Below are positions 10,186-23,499 of a DNA stretch of 64,000 bases, one piece after another. Positions within the stretch are counted from its first letter, which is position 1; each line of letters opens with the position of its first letter. Source of the DNA: Mobula hypostoma (taxonomy: Eukaryota); contig NC_086108.1 of assembly GCF_963921235.1 (NCBI RefSeq), forward strand, positions 69,318,001 through 69,382,000. Reading direction: 5' to 3'. Below the pieces are notes generated by a model. That model did not search any database, was not told where the DNA came from, and saw only the letters and a program-made list of their open reading frames with translations. Made by a program: the position numbers and the translations under genes.

Positions 10186-11559
10186 GTTTGTCTTTGTCTT
10201 TTTGGGGCAAGTTTCTTTGTCGTATGCCCTTTGTGCATCTGTATTCTCTGTCGCTGCCAGCGTTTAATTAAACACATCGTTTGATTTATTTTTGTTTAAT
10301 GACTTTCAACGCTATCTTTATTTTGCATTATTAATTAACCAAAAGGGGTTTGAAAAGATTTATAAATATGAACCTATCACTCGAAAATTTAAGTTGACAT
10401 TACATGTTTTAGAGTTCAAGTGCTGTTCAAGAATGAAGGTAACTTTGTATTATGATGCATTTTAAATATCAAACGTAATGTTATTTTTAGCAAATTAGAC
10501 AAAATTAAAAACTTTAACTGGGCCTATATTGTTCTCCATTTTATTATGGAACTTGGTGTAGTAATTAAATGCGCACCGCTCCGTAATATTCGTTTTACTA
10601 TTGGTGGATATCTTTTGGCGCAGTTAACAGTCGGGGGAAAACAGGGCAGCATTGTGAAGTTAGTGGTCTGTTGTGTCTGCAGTAGATAAGAGATCGTTGT
10701 GTTCCTCCTATTTCATTTGTATTGGCTCTGACTGAACTTTAATGCAGATCCAAAATCAAAGATGATCTTTATTCGCCTATTTACCTGTTTGAAAAAAAAT
10801 GTTATGTTATGGAGTGGTGGAGTGACAAATCTTGGTTCGGTGTTTGGACAGAAATAGTGAAGAAAAATGCTCATCACATAGAACTCTTATCAATTTGCAA
10901 AGCCCGAAGCATGCAAGAATGAGTTTCCTTCCTTATGCTTTTCTCTCCAAAACCTTTCCTAAAGGATGTAACAGCCATTATTCTTTGTGGAATCAAGCAG
11001 AGCTGCTCTTAGCATTCCTATAGTGATAGGACTATACTGTAGTGACATTTTCAATAGTAATCTTAATGAAGTAAACATCTAATGCCTTTTATAACCAAAT
11101 GAAAGAAAAGTCTTGGTTTCTTAACTTTAAAACAAGTGAAACATTTTTTTTGCAGAGCTGTAGGTCATCATTTTAAATCCTAGGCAATCAAGTACAGTAA
11201 GTAGTTAGTGACGTTTTGTTGAATGCCAGTTTGGATAGACTGAGAAAGAAAATAGTACTTTCAGTGAGCATTGTCCTTGAGGGAGGGAAACTTTGTTAAA
11301 AATTTCTTGTTTGTTTGCAGATATCTTACAAATGATTTTTATTTCACTGCATCCACAAATTGTCTGGGGGAGGGGAGCTATTTGTTTCAATTGATCTTGA
11401 TACAATTCAACATCCATTCCCTTAAATGGAGTTGATTTTGGGTATGTGCAAGTTGTTGCATTTTGGGAAGGCAGGTTAGGGTAGGACTTCCACTGTTAAC
11501 AGTAGGGACTTGAGAACTGTTGTAGAACAGAGTAACAGTGTTCCCCAGTGTCGGTAGTA

Positions 11560-12300
11560 CAAAATTAGTGGGCACAGATACAAAGTGCGAGGGGAGAAAA
11601 TTAAGAGACTTGAGACTGTTACTTTACACTGGAATGAGCTGCCAGAGGAAGTGGTTGAGGTGGGTACAGTTGCAACACTTAAAGGGGCATTTGAGTGGGT
11701 ATGTGGAGGGGAAGGGCTTGGAGGATTGTGGGCTGAATGTGCGCAAGTGGGACTAGAAGGGAGGATGCTGTGGTTGGGATGTTGCAGTTGGTGTGGTCAC
11801 TTTTGGAATATTGTGTTCATTTTTGATCACCCTGCTAGAAGAATGATGCATTTAAGCTGGAGAGAGTGAAGAGGATATATTTAGAACTCAAGATGTTGAG
11901 TAATGGGGAGATGTTGAGTAAGTTAGGACTTGACTGATAAGAGAATGGAGGGGTGATCGTACAGAGGTGTATAAAATCAAGAAGGTGAATGCATGCAGTC
12001 TTTGCTCAGAGTTGGGGAATAAAGCAGTAAAGGGCAAGCTCTTTGGGAGTAGGGAGTGATTTGATTAGAACAGAGAGGCAGTTTTTTTGCCCAGAGGGTG
12101 ATCTGCATATGGAATGAGCTGCTGGAGGAAGTGGTAAAGCAGCCACATTAACAACATTTGAAAGACAAAGGGAACATGGATAGGAAAGGTTTTGAGGGAT
12201 ATGGGACAATAAAGGCTAATGGCACAAGATCAGATGGGGAATCTTGGTTGGCATGGACCAGTTGAACTGAAGGACTTGTTTCTATACTGTTTAACTGTCT
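11560..12300 (+). mobile_element. Decayed CR1 3' fragments
   Basis: WNELPEEVVE-type coding remnants and CR1-like 3' UTRs, heavily degenerate. Confidence 0.65.
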
Positions 12301-13289
12301 TTGAATCCAGGTGTCCTGAGCATGTGGAGTGTAATTGCTAATGGTAGATAAGTGGTCTGCCTGGAATACAAAGAAATCCTTACCATTTTGGTCTGTGGGC
12401 CATTTAAATCCTACTTTCCATCTTTCATCCTTCCCTTTCTCTTCTAACCTCTCATCCCATTTTTATAAACAAAAATCCAAAGATAAACTATCCCTACTTG
12501 CCTTTCGAATTGTATATATGGTCTTTGAGGTTAATGAGATTGTACTTGCCTAATTCTTATTCATACGGATATAAGCAGGGAGACTCCAGCAAAGGTTTCT
12601 TTGTGTTTCAGTACTTTTACCTATAGTCCTCCAACGGAATGTTCTTGTCTCCCTTTCATTTGCTGTCTGAGTTGGCCCTTAGCAATGTTATCTGAGGACA
12701 CAATCAGTTTCCATAACAGAGTTAGCACTATACAATCTATCTTGCCTGAAAATCTGTTGGCTCTGAACTTTCAGATTGATGGTCCATTTGCTAGTGGAAA
12801 AGCAAATGTTTTCTCCAACTAATATTTTTGGGAAGTCATTGTCTTGGATCCTGCTACCAAACTGATTTACAATGTAGAGTTATATTTGACCCTTGGGTGT
12901 CCTTTTATCCATGTTATCAGTAAGCCATTCTATTTCTACCTTTTGTGACATTGCCAGACTTTTGCCCTGTTGTAGCTCAACTGCTGCTGAAACGGTTGCC
13001 TGTATTTGTTATTTCAATGCACTTGTAGCCAGTTATTTTTGTAAACTTAAGGCCATTCCAAAACTTTGCCTAATCAACACAGGTATCATTTGCTCTGCGT
13101 CTAAGGCTGCTAATCTACATTGGTTCCCAGCTAAGGAACTACCACAATTTTAAAATTTGTAGTGGTCTTCAAGTTTTCAAGTGTAGTGGTCTTCAAGTTT
13201 TCAAGGTCTTCAAGTGGTCTTCTAGTTCTCTCCAAGGCAATACCCTTTTTTGTTGTCTTATCCAGCTCTGGAACCCCTACTTTGTGATT

Positions 13290-14170
13290 TTTATAAATTA
13301 CTTGGATAAGGGTGGGTTAGTAAATTGGTAGATGACATGAATGTTAGTGACATAGATAAAGTGGAAGGTTGTAGTTTACAGTAGGATGTTAACAGGATAT
13401 AGAGCTGGGCTGAGAAGTGGCAGATGGGAGTTCGGTCTGGATAAGTGTGAAGTGATAAACTTGGAAGGTAAAACTTGAAGGCAGAGTACACGATTAATAG
13501 CAGAATTCTTATCTTTGTGTGGAGGAACAGAGGGATCCTTACGATGTCCACGTCCATAGATCCTTCAAAGTTGCATACATGTTGAGAGGGTGGTTAAGAA
13601 TATGGTGTGTTATGGTATATTGGCCTCATTAGTCAGGAGATTCAGTAGAACTGATTGGACCACACTTGGAATATTATGCTCAGTTATGATCACACGAAGG
13701 ATGTGGACACTTTAAAAAGGGTGCAGAAGAGATTTACCAGGATGTTTCCTGGATTAGAGAGCATGTTTTACGGGGAAAGGTAGAACAGTCTAGGGCTTTT
13801 CTCTTTGGATCAAAGGAGAATGAGAGGCCACTTGATAGACATGTATAAGAGGCAAAGATTGAGTGGACATCCAGTGGCTTTTTCCACACAGCAACAATGG
13901 TTAATGAGAGGACATAATTTTACGATGATTGGAGGAAAATATGGGGGCATGTCAGAGGTAGATTTTGCACACAGTGGTGGGTGCATGGAACATGCTGCTT
14001 GCGTTGGTGGTAGAAGCAGATACATTAGAGACATTTAAGGGATCCTTAGATAAGCACATAGATGAAAGAAAAATTGAGGGCTATGTGGAAGGGAAGGGTC
14101 AGATCTTGGAGTAGGTTAAAAGATCAGCACATATTGGGCTGAATGGTTTGTACTGTTCTCTACTATACTT
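13290..14170 (+). mobile_element. Decayed CR1 ORF2 3' fragment
   Basis: Remnants of the KFADD, WAEKWQM, RPHLEY and RGDLI motifs plus a CR1-type 3' end. Confidence 0.7.
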
Positions 14171-15534
14171 GTCTTTTAAACCTTCCAAGAAATGAGTTCC
14201 TCCAATTCTGGCTCTTCTGAATTATTTCATTGTTCACTAGCAGTTTTCAGTTTCTATCTTCTGAATTCCCTAAGTAGAGTTTTCCTCCTTTTAAGTTCTT
14301 TTGTACCTGCCAATAGTCCTTCTATCATTGTATCAGATTTGATGCTTCTCCGAAATGTCTTTGATCATGCTGAAAATTGCAATATGTGTGGAAAATCTAC
14401 TTGCCTGCACATTTTTCGTATGTATGATGTGATAAGATTGGTTTGTTGCTGGACCAGTATGGGAAATGCAGCCAAACATACACCACCACTAACCCTTTCG
14501 GTAGCCTGTAACCTTTTTCAAAAGTGTATTTTAATAAATAGCTTAATGGATGGCTTAAAGAAAATTGCATTGCAACTTTGTTTAAATGCTGAATGTTTGT
14601 ATTCAATGTTTATGAACATTTTTAATTTCAGGCAACAAAATATCAGTGTTTTACAAATACTCAACTTATTTTGACCAGATGTGAAATTGATTTCATGAAT
14701 ATTGCTTTTTATTTATCAATTAAAATGGAATTCTGATATGGCCTTTGGTATTAGATTGTGAATTCAAGCCCCATTATAGGTGATGCCTCAGTGCCGTAGA
14801 ATAGTACAGTGTTGAGCCTGGCTTCCAGGTAAGACCCCACTGTGAATTTCAGGTTGCATAGCCTCGTGATCCATTTGGGTCAGGTCCAGCCATATCGTGC
14901 TTGCAGAGAATAAGAGATGCTGACACAGAGGCAAAGAAAGGATGTCATCTTCTGTCTATGCAGTGATATAATGGTCTGTTCAGGACAGAAAAAAGTAGAT
15001 TTAATGTACTTGTTCTGACATTGGCTATTTTGCTTCACCAAATAGCATAGTATCAATTAGTGTAATTATGTTTACAGTTACTGTTATTTTGACTTAAATA
15101 GCCATCTTCATTTACTATTTGACCTTGCACCATTTTATTGGAGATAATGCGTCGTACTTTACAATAATTTTTAACAACATTCTTTATAATTGTTCAATTG
15201 CAGCAACAATATTGAAATGCTATGTCATAAAAGAAATGGATTAATATGATTTTACATATTTTAAGCACTTCACCATACCTTCAAATTATCTCTTTTAGTA
15301 TTATTGGTTCTGCTGATAGTGCAAAGGAGAGCTGGATGTAAAGAGCACTATGGAGTCTAGAAAGGGATCTAGATTAAGTAAAGAGGCAATATCTTTGGAG
15401 TACAAGGAGATCATGTGAAATTGTCCTTTTTAAAGGGGAAAAATAAAGATTATCTACATGGTGAGAAATTGCAGAAATCTCAGTTTATGCAAAATGTTAA
15501 GTGCAGGTGTAGCAAATCAAGAAAGTTAACAATA

Positions 15535-15962
15535 GGAAACGAGAGAAAATCTGCAGATGCTGGAAATCTGAGCAACACACACAATGCTGGAGGAATTAAG
15601 CAGGCCAGGCACATCTATGGAAAAAAGTATAGTTGACCTCTTGGCCTAAAACCACTCAGCAGGACTGAAGGAAGAAAAGCTGAGGAGTAGATTTGAAAGG
15701 TGGGGGGAGTGGAGAGAGAACCACCAAGTGATAGGTGAAACCAGGATGGGGAGGGATGAAGTAAAGAGCTGGGAAGTTGATTGGTGAAAGAGACAAAAGG
15801 CCATGGAAGAAAAAGGGGGAAGGAGCATTAGAGGGAGACGATGGGCAGGCAGGCGATGAGGTGAGAGAGGGAAAAGAGGATGGGAAATGGAGAAGAAGGG
15901 CGATGTTGGGGGGCATTACCAGAAGTTTGAGAAATCGATGTTCATGCCATCAGGTTGGAGGC
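15535..15962 (-). mobile_element. Penelope-like 3' fragment inside decayed CR1
   Basis: pLTR end (ctgcagatgctggaaatctgagcaacacac...) through to the catcaggttggaggc GIY-YIG C-terminal sequence shared with 8640-8676. Confidence 0.75.
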
Positions 15963-16059
15963 AATGTTTATCACAAGGGGAAAATTATGCATAACATACA
16001 GACATTGGTGAGACTTCACGTGGAGTTTTCTGTGCAATATTGGTCTCCTTGGGAAGGAT

Positions 16060-17340
16060 GATGATAAGACCATAAAGCATAGGATCAATGTGGCTGATTT
16101 ATTATCTCTCTCTTGCCTTAGCCTTTTACCCCGTAAACTTTGACAGCCTTACTAATCAAGACCCTATCAAACTCCACTTATAATTTCCTCAATGACTTGG
16201 CCCCCACAGCCATCTGTGGCAGTGAATTCCACAGGTTCACTACCCTCTAGCTAAAGAAATTTCTCCTCTTTTCTGTTCCTTCTATTCTGAAGCTGTGTCC
16301 TCTTGACCTGAACCTCCTCCCCCATATAGAAAAAACTTCTCCCCATCTACTCTGTCTAGGCCTTTCAATATTCTATAGATTTTAATCAGCCCCCCCACCC
16401 CTTCTAATCTCCAGCATGTACCTGTCTAGAGCAATCAAACACTACCCATGTTGGCCACAGTCATCATCCAAATCATTGAGATGTAACATGAAGAGTTCCC
16501 CAACACCATCTTCTGCAGAACACTAAAAGGCAGCCAACCAAAAAAAGACCATAACATTGGGTCAGAATTAGGCCATTCAGTACATCAAGTCTTTTCTACC
16601 CTTTGATCATGGTTGATCCATTTCCCTCTGAACCCCATTCTCTTGCCTTCTCATTGAAACCTTTCACACCCTGACTTGTCAAGAATTTGTCAACCTCGGC
16701 GTTAAATTCACTGGATGGCCTGGCCTCCATAGCTGCTTGTGTCAATGAATTCCACAGATTCACCACCCTGTGGCCAAAGAAATTTCTCCTCATCTCCATT
16801 CTAAATAGAAATCCCTTTATTCTGAGGTTGTTCCCTCTGGTCCTTGATTTTTCTCCCCCCCCCCCCCACCTTTATTCCTACTCCAATTTCCCCCAGGATC
16901 AATAAAGTATGACTATGACTCTTTGCCTCCTGTCAGTCAGCCAATTTATGCTAGTATCTTCCCTGTAATTACATGGGTTCTTATTTTGTTCAGCGGCCTC
17001 TTGTGCAGCACCTTGTCAAAGACCTTCTGAAAATCCAAGTAAAAAAACATCCACGGATTTGTCAGGCAAGGATTTCTGAAGGAAACCATGCTGACTTTGG
17101 CCTACTTATCACGTGCCTCCAAGTACTTCAAAACCTCATCTTTAATAACGAATTCTTGCATTTTACCAATCACTGAAGTCAGGTTAACTGGCCTATAATT
17201 TATTTTCTTTTTCCTCCTTCCCTTAAAGAATGTAGTGATATTTGCAGTTTTCCAATCCGGCACAACTAATCCAGAAACTAGTGATCATTGAAGGATCGCT
17301 TAATGCCTCCACAATCTCTTCAGCTACCCCGTTCAGAAAT
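16060..17340 (-). mobile_element. Cluster of decayed CR1 fragments
   Basis: ORF 16596-16799 (RRNFFGHRVVNLWNSL) and RT-region remnants on the minus strand. Confidence 0.7.
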
Positions 17341-17869
17341 GGAATGCAGTGGAAGCAGTCTTGAAGTCTGTTATGCTAATATTCATGGCATGGAACTATG
17401 GAAGGCTAATTGCAAGCAGATGATATTTGGATTGGCATCATGATTGCCACAGAAAATGTTCATGTGCAGTACTGTTTTATGAAATGTGTAAGAACCTGAG
17501 AGGTATTTTCAGGTCGGATGAGGAGAGGATATTTCCTCTTGAGGGGTATCTGAAATTGGCATTGCTGTTTAAAACAGGGGTTGCATGACCATGAGAAAAT
17601 TTGTAAGTTGCAAACACTAATTACAAGGATTCTTGCATATAAAAAAGACCATAAAATAGTAAGACCATGAGCGAGCTATATGCCCCTTCTAATCTGCTGC
17701 ACTGTTCATTAAGGTCATGATTGATCATATCTTGACCTTAACTCCATATTCCTGCCTTTTCCTGATTATGTTTCATTTTTTCAATGTTCAGTCTTGCTGT
17801 CTTCACTCCAGAGCCAACATCATTCCAAGCTCAGTCACAGAGTGACTGGGCATGGCTTGTGTACATACT

Positions 17870-18470
17870 TGGGGACTGAGGTTGAAGTCAATTATCGACT
17901 CATTCACTGAAGCTTCCAAGTACTTGTAAAATTGATCCCATAACAATCTACCCTGCAGCAAAATGCCTCAAATAATGAAGGTCCATGATTAAAAACCTGG
18001 AAAAAGTAATTTGCCAAGAGCCAGCTTCCAAAATATGACAAAAGGCAGACACTGCTTCTAGTGCACTGGCACATATCTTTGTTATCTAGACTGAAGTTTA
18101 TGAAGATGGGTATTGATTGCTTCATCCTGTACATTTAAGAGATCTAGACTATCTAGAGAGGCTCCTCAAAGCATGGACAGATGCCACTGTCCACGAATTT
18201 TCCGCAAATTCGTTCACATCTTTTGGCAGGATGAATCTATCTCTGACAATATCCTCGCCATCAAGTCTGCTCCAATAGGCAGACTACATCATTCACACGC
18301 CTGACACCAAATTCCAAAGCGGTCAATTAACTCCAAGTCATTTCATGCCAACAGAATACAGCGGAGTAGAAATATGTCAAGGATATTCTCAAAAAGTGTT
18401 GGGCTGGGGAAATTTAACAGCCTCATTGACTGCCACCAGTGGGAATTTCTGGATAAAGATTTTTTAAAAT
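17870..18470 (+). mobile_element. Highly decayed RTE-like LINE fragment
   Basis: Remnant resembling the RTE ORF C-terminus (RIFRKFVHIFWQD; ...HTPDTKFQ, cf. RMPDTRLPK). Confidence 0.4.
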
Positions 18471-19779
18471 AACATAGAATAAGGACATTGGTACATTGAA
18501 TTTCTCATCCTTAACACTGGTCACTTTTTTAATGTCTTTTCAATAGTTCATCAACTTAACCAATTTTTCTGCCGTTCACCTGCACTGGAGTAATTTGAAG
18601 TAACTAGTTGAGTTGCCAACTGATCCTTGGATATGGGAGGAAACGGGAACATCCAGAGAGCAGCCCAAACAGTCACTGAGGATTTGCTCAATGTGCACTG
18701 TTTTTGAAGGTTAGAATTTAACCAGGTTCACTGGAGATGTAAAACAGCAGAACTAATTGCTGTGCTGCCCTTTATAGAAAAGCAATCAACAGTGTACTGA
18801 GGACCTTGGGTCATCTCAGGAACACAGGAAGAATGGCACTGTGTTACATACTATATACACTCACTGGAGAATGATCCACTCTCTGCAGTAGGACTCTCTG
18901 CTTAGTTCCCTTGTCTCCATCTCTTGTTGGAAGTTTGGACTTTGATCATGCAGGCACATTAGTTGTCAAAACATTGTAAAATCTATTTATGCTTAGAGAA
19001 AATGCTAAAGTTCTAGTTGTATTTGAGATTGACTGTTCACTTTTCATATCATGTACCCTGGATCTATCCCAGTTTTTTTTTTAACTGGGATATTCCAAGA
19101 AGATAGTCATTTATCATGCTGGTTGACTATCTCTGCTGTCATACCTGTTTTAAATCAATGCACTGTTTCTTTGTGATATTAGGTAAGGTGAATAGCACCA
19201 GTAAATGATTTGACTGTAGAAATGAGTGCATGTTATTTAAACTTACAGAATACACAGAAATGGGCTCTTCAGCCCATCGTGCCAATATCATTTTTGTCTT
19301 TATTCTAATTGCATTTGCCCATTTAGGATATGGGCTTAATGCTGTCCATTCAAGTGCTTGTCTAAACCTCATGATTATTCCCAATTCCACCGCCACCTCT
19401 GGCAGTAAGTTCCATATACTCACTACTCTATATATTTAAAAACTTGCCCCTTGGATCTCCTGCAAAACTCCTTCCTCTCAGTTTAAAACCCATGCCCTCT
19501 TGTTATTGATACACAGACCGTGGGAAAAAGATTCTGACTTGTCTACGCCACTTGCTCTTTTATAGCCCAGCCTATACAATTCTTTGCATAACAAAAGCCC
19601 TTTAGTCTTCTAGATAATGTCCTCTCATGTATGCTCTCTAGTACAGCCACATCTTCCTATAGTGTAGCAACCAGGACCACATGCAGTAGTCCAAGTGTGG
19701 TTTAACCAGTGCATTTTTAGTTGCAACATTAATCGCACTTTCAATTAAAATGCCCTGACCTATGAAGCCTTATGCTATC

Positions 19780-19978
19780 AAAACACACAAAATGCTGGAG
19801 GAACTCAGCAGGCCAGGCAGCATCTGTGGGGGGAAAAGTACAGTCAACGTTTAGGGAAGGGTCTCGGCCCAAAACGTTGACTGTGCTTTTTTCTGTAGAT
19901 CCTATCTACTGAGTTTGTCTTGTATTTTGTGTGTGTGTTGCTTGGATTTCCAGCATCTTCAGATTTTCCCTTGTTTGT
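19780..19978. mobile_element. Miniature palindromic Penelope-pLTR insertion
   Basis: Truncated minus-strand pLTR joined to a plus-strand pLTR at the hammerhead region. 17-bp TSD tgaagccttatgctatc at 19763-19779 and 19979-19995. Confidence 0.85.
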
Positions 19979-21409
19979 TGAAGCCTTATGCTATCTTCAC
20001 CTAATCTGCACATCTAATCTTTTCCAGTGGACAATGTACTTGAACCCTTGGGTTCCTCCATGCCTCATCTTTCCTTAGAGCCGTAACTTTTACAATTGGA
20101 CTTCCCATAAGCATTATTACCTTGCATTTGTCAGGATTAAATTCCTCTGCTGCTTCATTTGATTTTCTGTATAATTCTGTATTCTGCTTTCACCTTGAAC
20201 AACCCTCCTTGATTTCTGCAACACTATGAACATTTTTTTTTCGAAAGAGTTGCTAATAATTCTAAATCAAAAATGTATCACAAACAGAGTCACAGCAAGC
20301 ATCCCTATGATATACCAATGATCACAGATTTCTAACCAAAGTAGTTTTTTGTTGTTGTGAACTTTGGCTGAAAATAAAGGCTTTTGAACTGTTTCTGTCA
20401 CTCTGATTGCATTCAAATTTCCATTCACACTCCCTAAATCAATATCATTTAAAATCCTTGTCTAATAAGTGTCAATTGCAAACTTGAAAATTTCAGTTGA
20501 TCTAGTTTGGAAAACTTTTCAGGAGGTTATTTTGTTACTAGTTTCAGTAAATACATGCTTTCAGACATCTGAAGGATCTATTTCTAAATTTTGTGGTTAT
20601 CCTACCAGTTTTAAACCTTTACACCACAGAAAATCTGGACATGGAATAGAGAAAGTGCATTGACGATTTTCCTTGCAAATCAGTTGTAAATGGCCAATTT
20701 TAGTTCACTATTTTAGTTGCCTGTTATTGATATGGCAGTTTGATTGTTGCCAAATAAAAAGTAGTAAGGAGGTGACTGAAGGTTTTTTTTTAAACAAGTA
20801 AGAAATTAGATCTTGCAAATTAACAGCTGCAAAGTGCTGATTGGAAATAATTTAAGAATGTTTAGTAGAATTAACAGAAATTGAACCGACTATTAAATAA
20901 AAAGTAGGGTTTGTAGTTGGGGATGGAAAAAATGTAAGGCAAAATTGGTAATGGAGGAAATGCATAGCAAAGAGAAATGGCCTTCCACCTGTGAAAACAA
21001 TACTGGATATGCTCATGCCAGGTTAATATTTTCATCAGAATGAGGGGAAAATTGGAAAGCAATTTTTTCAGTTGGTAAGAAAACAGAGGGTGGAGAAAAT
21101 ATAACTCTTAAGAAGGTTGACTGATTGACCCAGATGGCCTGTTTACTTGATGAAAGAGATGAAAAACCTGCTTACGGTAAATTTGTCCAAGAAATATAAA
21201 AGAAAATGAATGAGAACAGAGGGGAGAATGAGAAGGCAACACTGGAATGTATTGGAAATGCCAAGCCCTATTGGAACACTGAGCTGAATCCTCTGTGCTT
21301 GAGCCCATTACATTGTATCGCAGTTCCAACTTTTAACTACTTTCCCTTTCTGATGGGGTAGTCTGTAAGTCTGATGCACTTTAATCATTAGATCAGGTGA
21401 TAATAGACC

Positions 21410-22190
21410 CTAGACCCCGCTTAACCCTGGGATATATTCCTCGGTGGTGGAGGGTGTGCAGGGTGATTATAACATTACATAAATGAAGAGGTGCGCCTGA
21501 GATATGATATTATTTTATGTGTACATGGTAATTCATGGAGTAGCAAACACACAAATAGGCCTAACCTGTACACCATGGAGCAGCAACACATCACAGCAGC
21601 AGCAGAAGAATCCAGGCTGTGGGCCCCCCTCTAACTGTGGCTTCTTCAAATTGGCATCGAGATTCGATTGCCTTTTCTTAAGTTTCTTCATGAAGCAGTT
21701 CTCAGTAGCAGGAAATAATGTCAAAAACGCCTCTCTTTGCCTTTATTGCTTCATTCCCAGTCAGGATCATTATCAATGAACATTGCATATTTCAAAAAGG
21801 TGCTAACATCAACCTGATGCTCACCAGCTTCCAAACAGCGTATCACTTGCAGTTTCACATCCGGGCTAATGCTTTTCCTAGACATCTTGAAGTACTACAC
21901 ACTGGAAGCTGCAAGAAGTTTTCCAGACATGAGTTTGGGGGGTGGGGGGGAGGAATACAATGGCGAGGGAGCAAGAATGTTTACACATGCGAGGGAAGTA
22001 AAGTGTGAACTAATGCGTGATTGGCTGTGAGTGACTCAGCGTAAATAAAGTGCTCTCATTAGCTGATTGAATGTTTACTGTAATGGTGGCGACACTTGAA
22101 GTTTTAAGTGTTTGGAATTTGTCATTTAAAAAAATTTTAATAAAGAATTGAACCACTATTTTAACGAATCAGCACTGTGTGGGGTCTGAA
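21410..22190 (-). mobile_element. Internally deleted Tigger/pogo-like DNA transposon
   Basis: Minus strand from 21885 reads MSRKSISPDVKLQVIRCLEAGEHQVDV (CENP-B/Tigger HTH-like). It is fused directly to a C-terminal-like remnant, AMFIDNDPDWE*...KKRQSNLDA. Termini uncertain. Confidence 0.6.
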
Positions 22191-23499
22191 TGCATCTAAA
22201 ACTGATTAGTAATGTGTTCCTTTTCAAACATGCATTGAGTCATTGGCTTTTTTGAATGCTTTGGCAGTGTAGTCATAACTAATACAAACCATATGGTTAT
22301 CATGAGCATTTTTGAAAATGTGGGCATTGAAAATGGCTGAAAGTTGTCCAGAGGCTTGAATACATTTTCCTCTTTGTAATAGTCATATTATGGTTCATTT
22401 ATTACACAGATGAAACAAATTATGTTATCCTTTAAAGCTAGTGATATTAGTTGCGTCTTCGGTAGAGTGGATGATTGATAGAAATTATTCAAACTTGTTG
22501 GCTGAATAGCAAATAACACACTTTATGTAACCCTCAAATACTGCATTTTTCTACACTAAAAGAAAAGTTAACCATGTTTAGTGGGTGAATTTATTATAGC
22601 TAATGCCAGAACTTATTTGCTGCACTTTGTAAAGCTGCTTTCTGAGCCTTTTGTGAGCCCAAGCACCAATTCACTAGCTGATGCATTGTTGCAGGAGACG
22701 CACAGAAATACTATGCTGTTGTATTTTATCTAAATGGAAACCACCAATGAAATTAATTATCTCAGGTATTCCAGTTGAAGCAACTGTAAAGAAAATGTCA
22801 CTTTTCTTATAAGCCACAAATGGATACTTTGCTTGGGATGATTACATCTAATGGGTACCTGAATTGGTTTGTTGTCAAAACCACCACTTTGTTGGAGAGA
22901 CAATTACATGACAAAACCATGTTTTTAAACAGGTCGAAGGCTATTCTGGCTAGCTCATTTTAAGGGATTGAATACATTTTGACTTGGGTGTTAGAGTTGA
23001 TCTTTGTTTCCCTGGGATATGAGATTTTTTTGCTCCCCAGTAAGTTTTCCTCAACTTCATCCTTAGCTTCAAGGATTGGGCTAAAAGTGCCATTTATTGA
23101 ATTTTAGGGTGGGGCAGAAGTTCACAAGGCAGTCACCATTCTAGGGGTTGCGAAGATGCGGATTCCTGATGATACATATTCTTATGAAGATGCTTCTTCT
23201 GGTTTACACTTGCTATAAGTGATTTTTCTGCTGACATGTTTGTTTGCCATGTACAATGTAGGGTGTCTTGTGTATAATGTAGGATGGGTACACCATTTGT
23301 TTTAGCTATGGTAGTGGAACTAATCTAACATTGTTAAGACTATATGTGATGATCCCGATGTTGCAAAGCTCAAGCTTCATGTTGACTAGAAGTAGCCTAC
23401 ATGTGTTTCTCTTACTTGGCTTAGATGTGCTGCTGTGCTTCAGCTGTAACTTTTGTTTAGCGGTGGGTTCTGAGCTGACTACACACACGAACTTGTAGG

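Noticed and set aside
10186..10284. Cys-rich continuation of ORF 10066-10284
   Set aside because: Read-through past the GT donor into intron 1. RNF11 homology stops at PPPPYQ.
13158..13222. Short local duplication gtagtggtcttcaagttttcaag
   Set aside because: Two to three degenerate copies of a ~24-bp unit. Ordinary slippage with no sign of function.
21504..21779. Plus-strand ORF with QQQQ as an alternative RNF11 exon or nested gene
   Set aside because: Better explained as the antisense of a Tigger-like remnant. No recognisable homology.
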